Translations under genes and position numbers: made by a program
The notes under the pieces: model-generated
Told to the model about the DNA's origin: nothing
Seen by the model: only the letters and a program-made list of their open reading frames with translations
Databases searched by the model: none
Shown: positions 9,699 to 10,194 of the stretch, in pieces
Numbering within the stretch: the stretch's first letter is position 1
How the letters are laid out: every line of letters begins with the position of its first letter
From: a bacterium
Lineage (GTDB): Bacteria > Oederibacteriota > PGYV01 > Palsa-1178
Reading direction: 5' to 3'
Assembly: GCA_037138355.1 (NCBI GenBank)
Contig: JBAXIL010000048.1
Coordinates: 1 to 10,194, forward strand
Length of the DNA stretch: 10,194 nt

Positions 9699-10073
9699 TT
9701 ACTTAAGCTCGATTACTGCGCCTGCTTCTTCGAGTTTTGCCTTCATCTTATCGGCTTCGTCCTTGGCTACGCCGGTCTTTACAGCTTTCGGTGCTGAGTC
9801 AGCTATTTCTTTGGCTTCCTTGAGACCTAAACTTGTCAGTTCGCGGATAACCTTAATTACCTGTATCTTCTTTTCGCCGGCATTAGTTAAGATAACATCA
9901 AAAGATGTCTGCTCTTCTGCTGCTGCTCCTGCTGGTGCTGCTCCGCCAGCCATCATCATAGGCATTGCTGCTGAAACACCAAATTTTTCTTCAAGTGCTT
10001 TCACTCTCTCGTTTAATTCTATTACTGACCAGCTTTCTACTTCCTTTACTAACTCTTCTGTTGACATTGCCAT
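9699..10073 (-). CDS. rplL: 50S ribosomal protein L7/L12 (bL12), 124 aa
   Basis: [10 protein letters not shown], Ala/Gly hinge, [20 protein letters not shown] and KLEEAGA motifs; GGAGGTG SD at 10081-10087; directly upstream of rpoB. Confidence 0.99.
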   Translation of the reverse strand: MAMSTEELVKEVESWSVIELNERVKALEEKFGVSAAMPMMMAGGAAPAGAAAEEQTSFDVILTNAGEKKIQVIKVIRELTSLGLKEAKEIADSAPKAVKTGVAKDEADKMKAKLEEAGAVIELK

Positions 10074-10119
10074 AATATGGCACCTCCACGTGGATTTTTT
10101 TAGGAAAATTTAATTTCCG

Positions 10120-10194
10120 TTATTTTACTTCCTGTGTCTCATCTTTAATTATTTCTTTTACTTCTTCTTTTACTGGTTCAACTACTTTTACTGC
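10120..10194 (-). CDS. 3' end of an upstream CDS, by synteny probably 50S ribosomal protein L10 (partial)
   Basis: Open frame from the window edge, AVKVVEPVKEEVKEIIKDETQEVK*, with TAA at 10120-10122, 46 nt before rplL. Identity rests on the conserved rplJ-rplL gene order only, since the visible residues are not diagnostic. Confidence 0.6.
   Translation of the reverse strand, partial: AVKVVEPVKEEVKEIIKDETQEVK

Noticed and set aside
25..10113. Plus-strand ORFs (e.g. 25-228, 2870-3178, 8239-8721, 9763-10113) and short alternative-frame minus ORFs (1986-2189, 4365-4631)
   Set aside because: All overlap conserved essential genes, have no recognisable motifs, and show the Ser/Phe/Ile-rich composition expected of shadow frames.

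Overview
AT-rich bacterial housekeeping locus with every gene on the minus strand. In transcription order (right to left): 3' end of a probable rplJ, rplL, rpoB, rpoC, an intrinsic terminator, a ~540-nt AT-rich spacer holding a consensus sigma70/sigmaA promoter, rpsL (TTG start at 1233, not the 1347 of the ORF track), rpsG, and the 5' end of fusA running off the left edge. I see no mobile element, CRISPR array, structural RNA gene or accessory gene, and I cannot support a new protein-based system. Three signals deserve a second look. (1) The ~145-nt rpsL leader is a chain of hairpins ending in a G-U-containing terminator with 10 U, and has a plausible antiterminator pairing, so it is a candidate attenuator for the str operon. 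(2) A long hairpin pairs the rplL stop codon with the rpoB Shine-Dalgarno, a candidate translational-coupling element. (3) fusA has two in-frame stops within a cluster of mostly N->A changes in switch I, most probably a sequence-end artefact but possibly a real lesion. RNA polymerase indels suggest a deep-branching lineage near FCB/Elusimicrobia (tentative, from memory). All RNA pairings were done by hand and no energies were computed.
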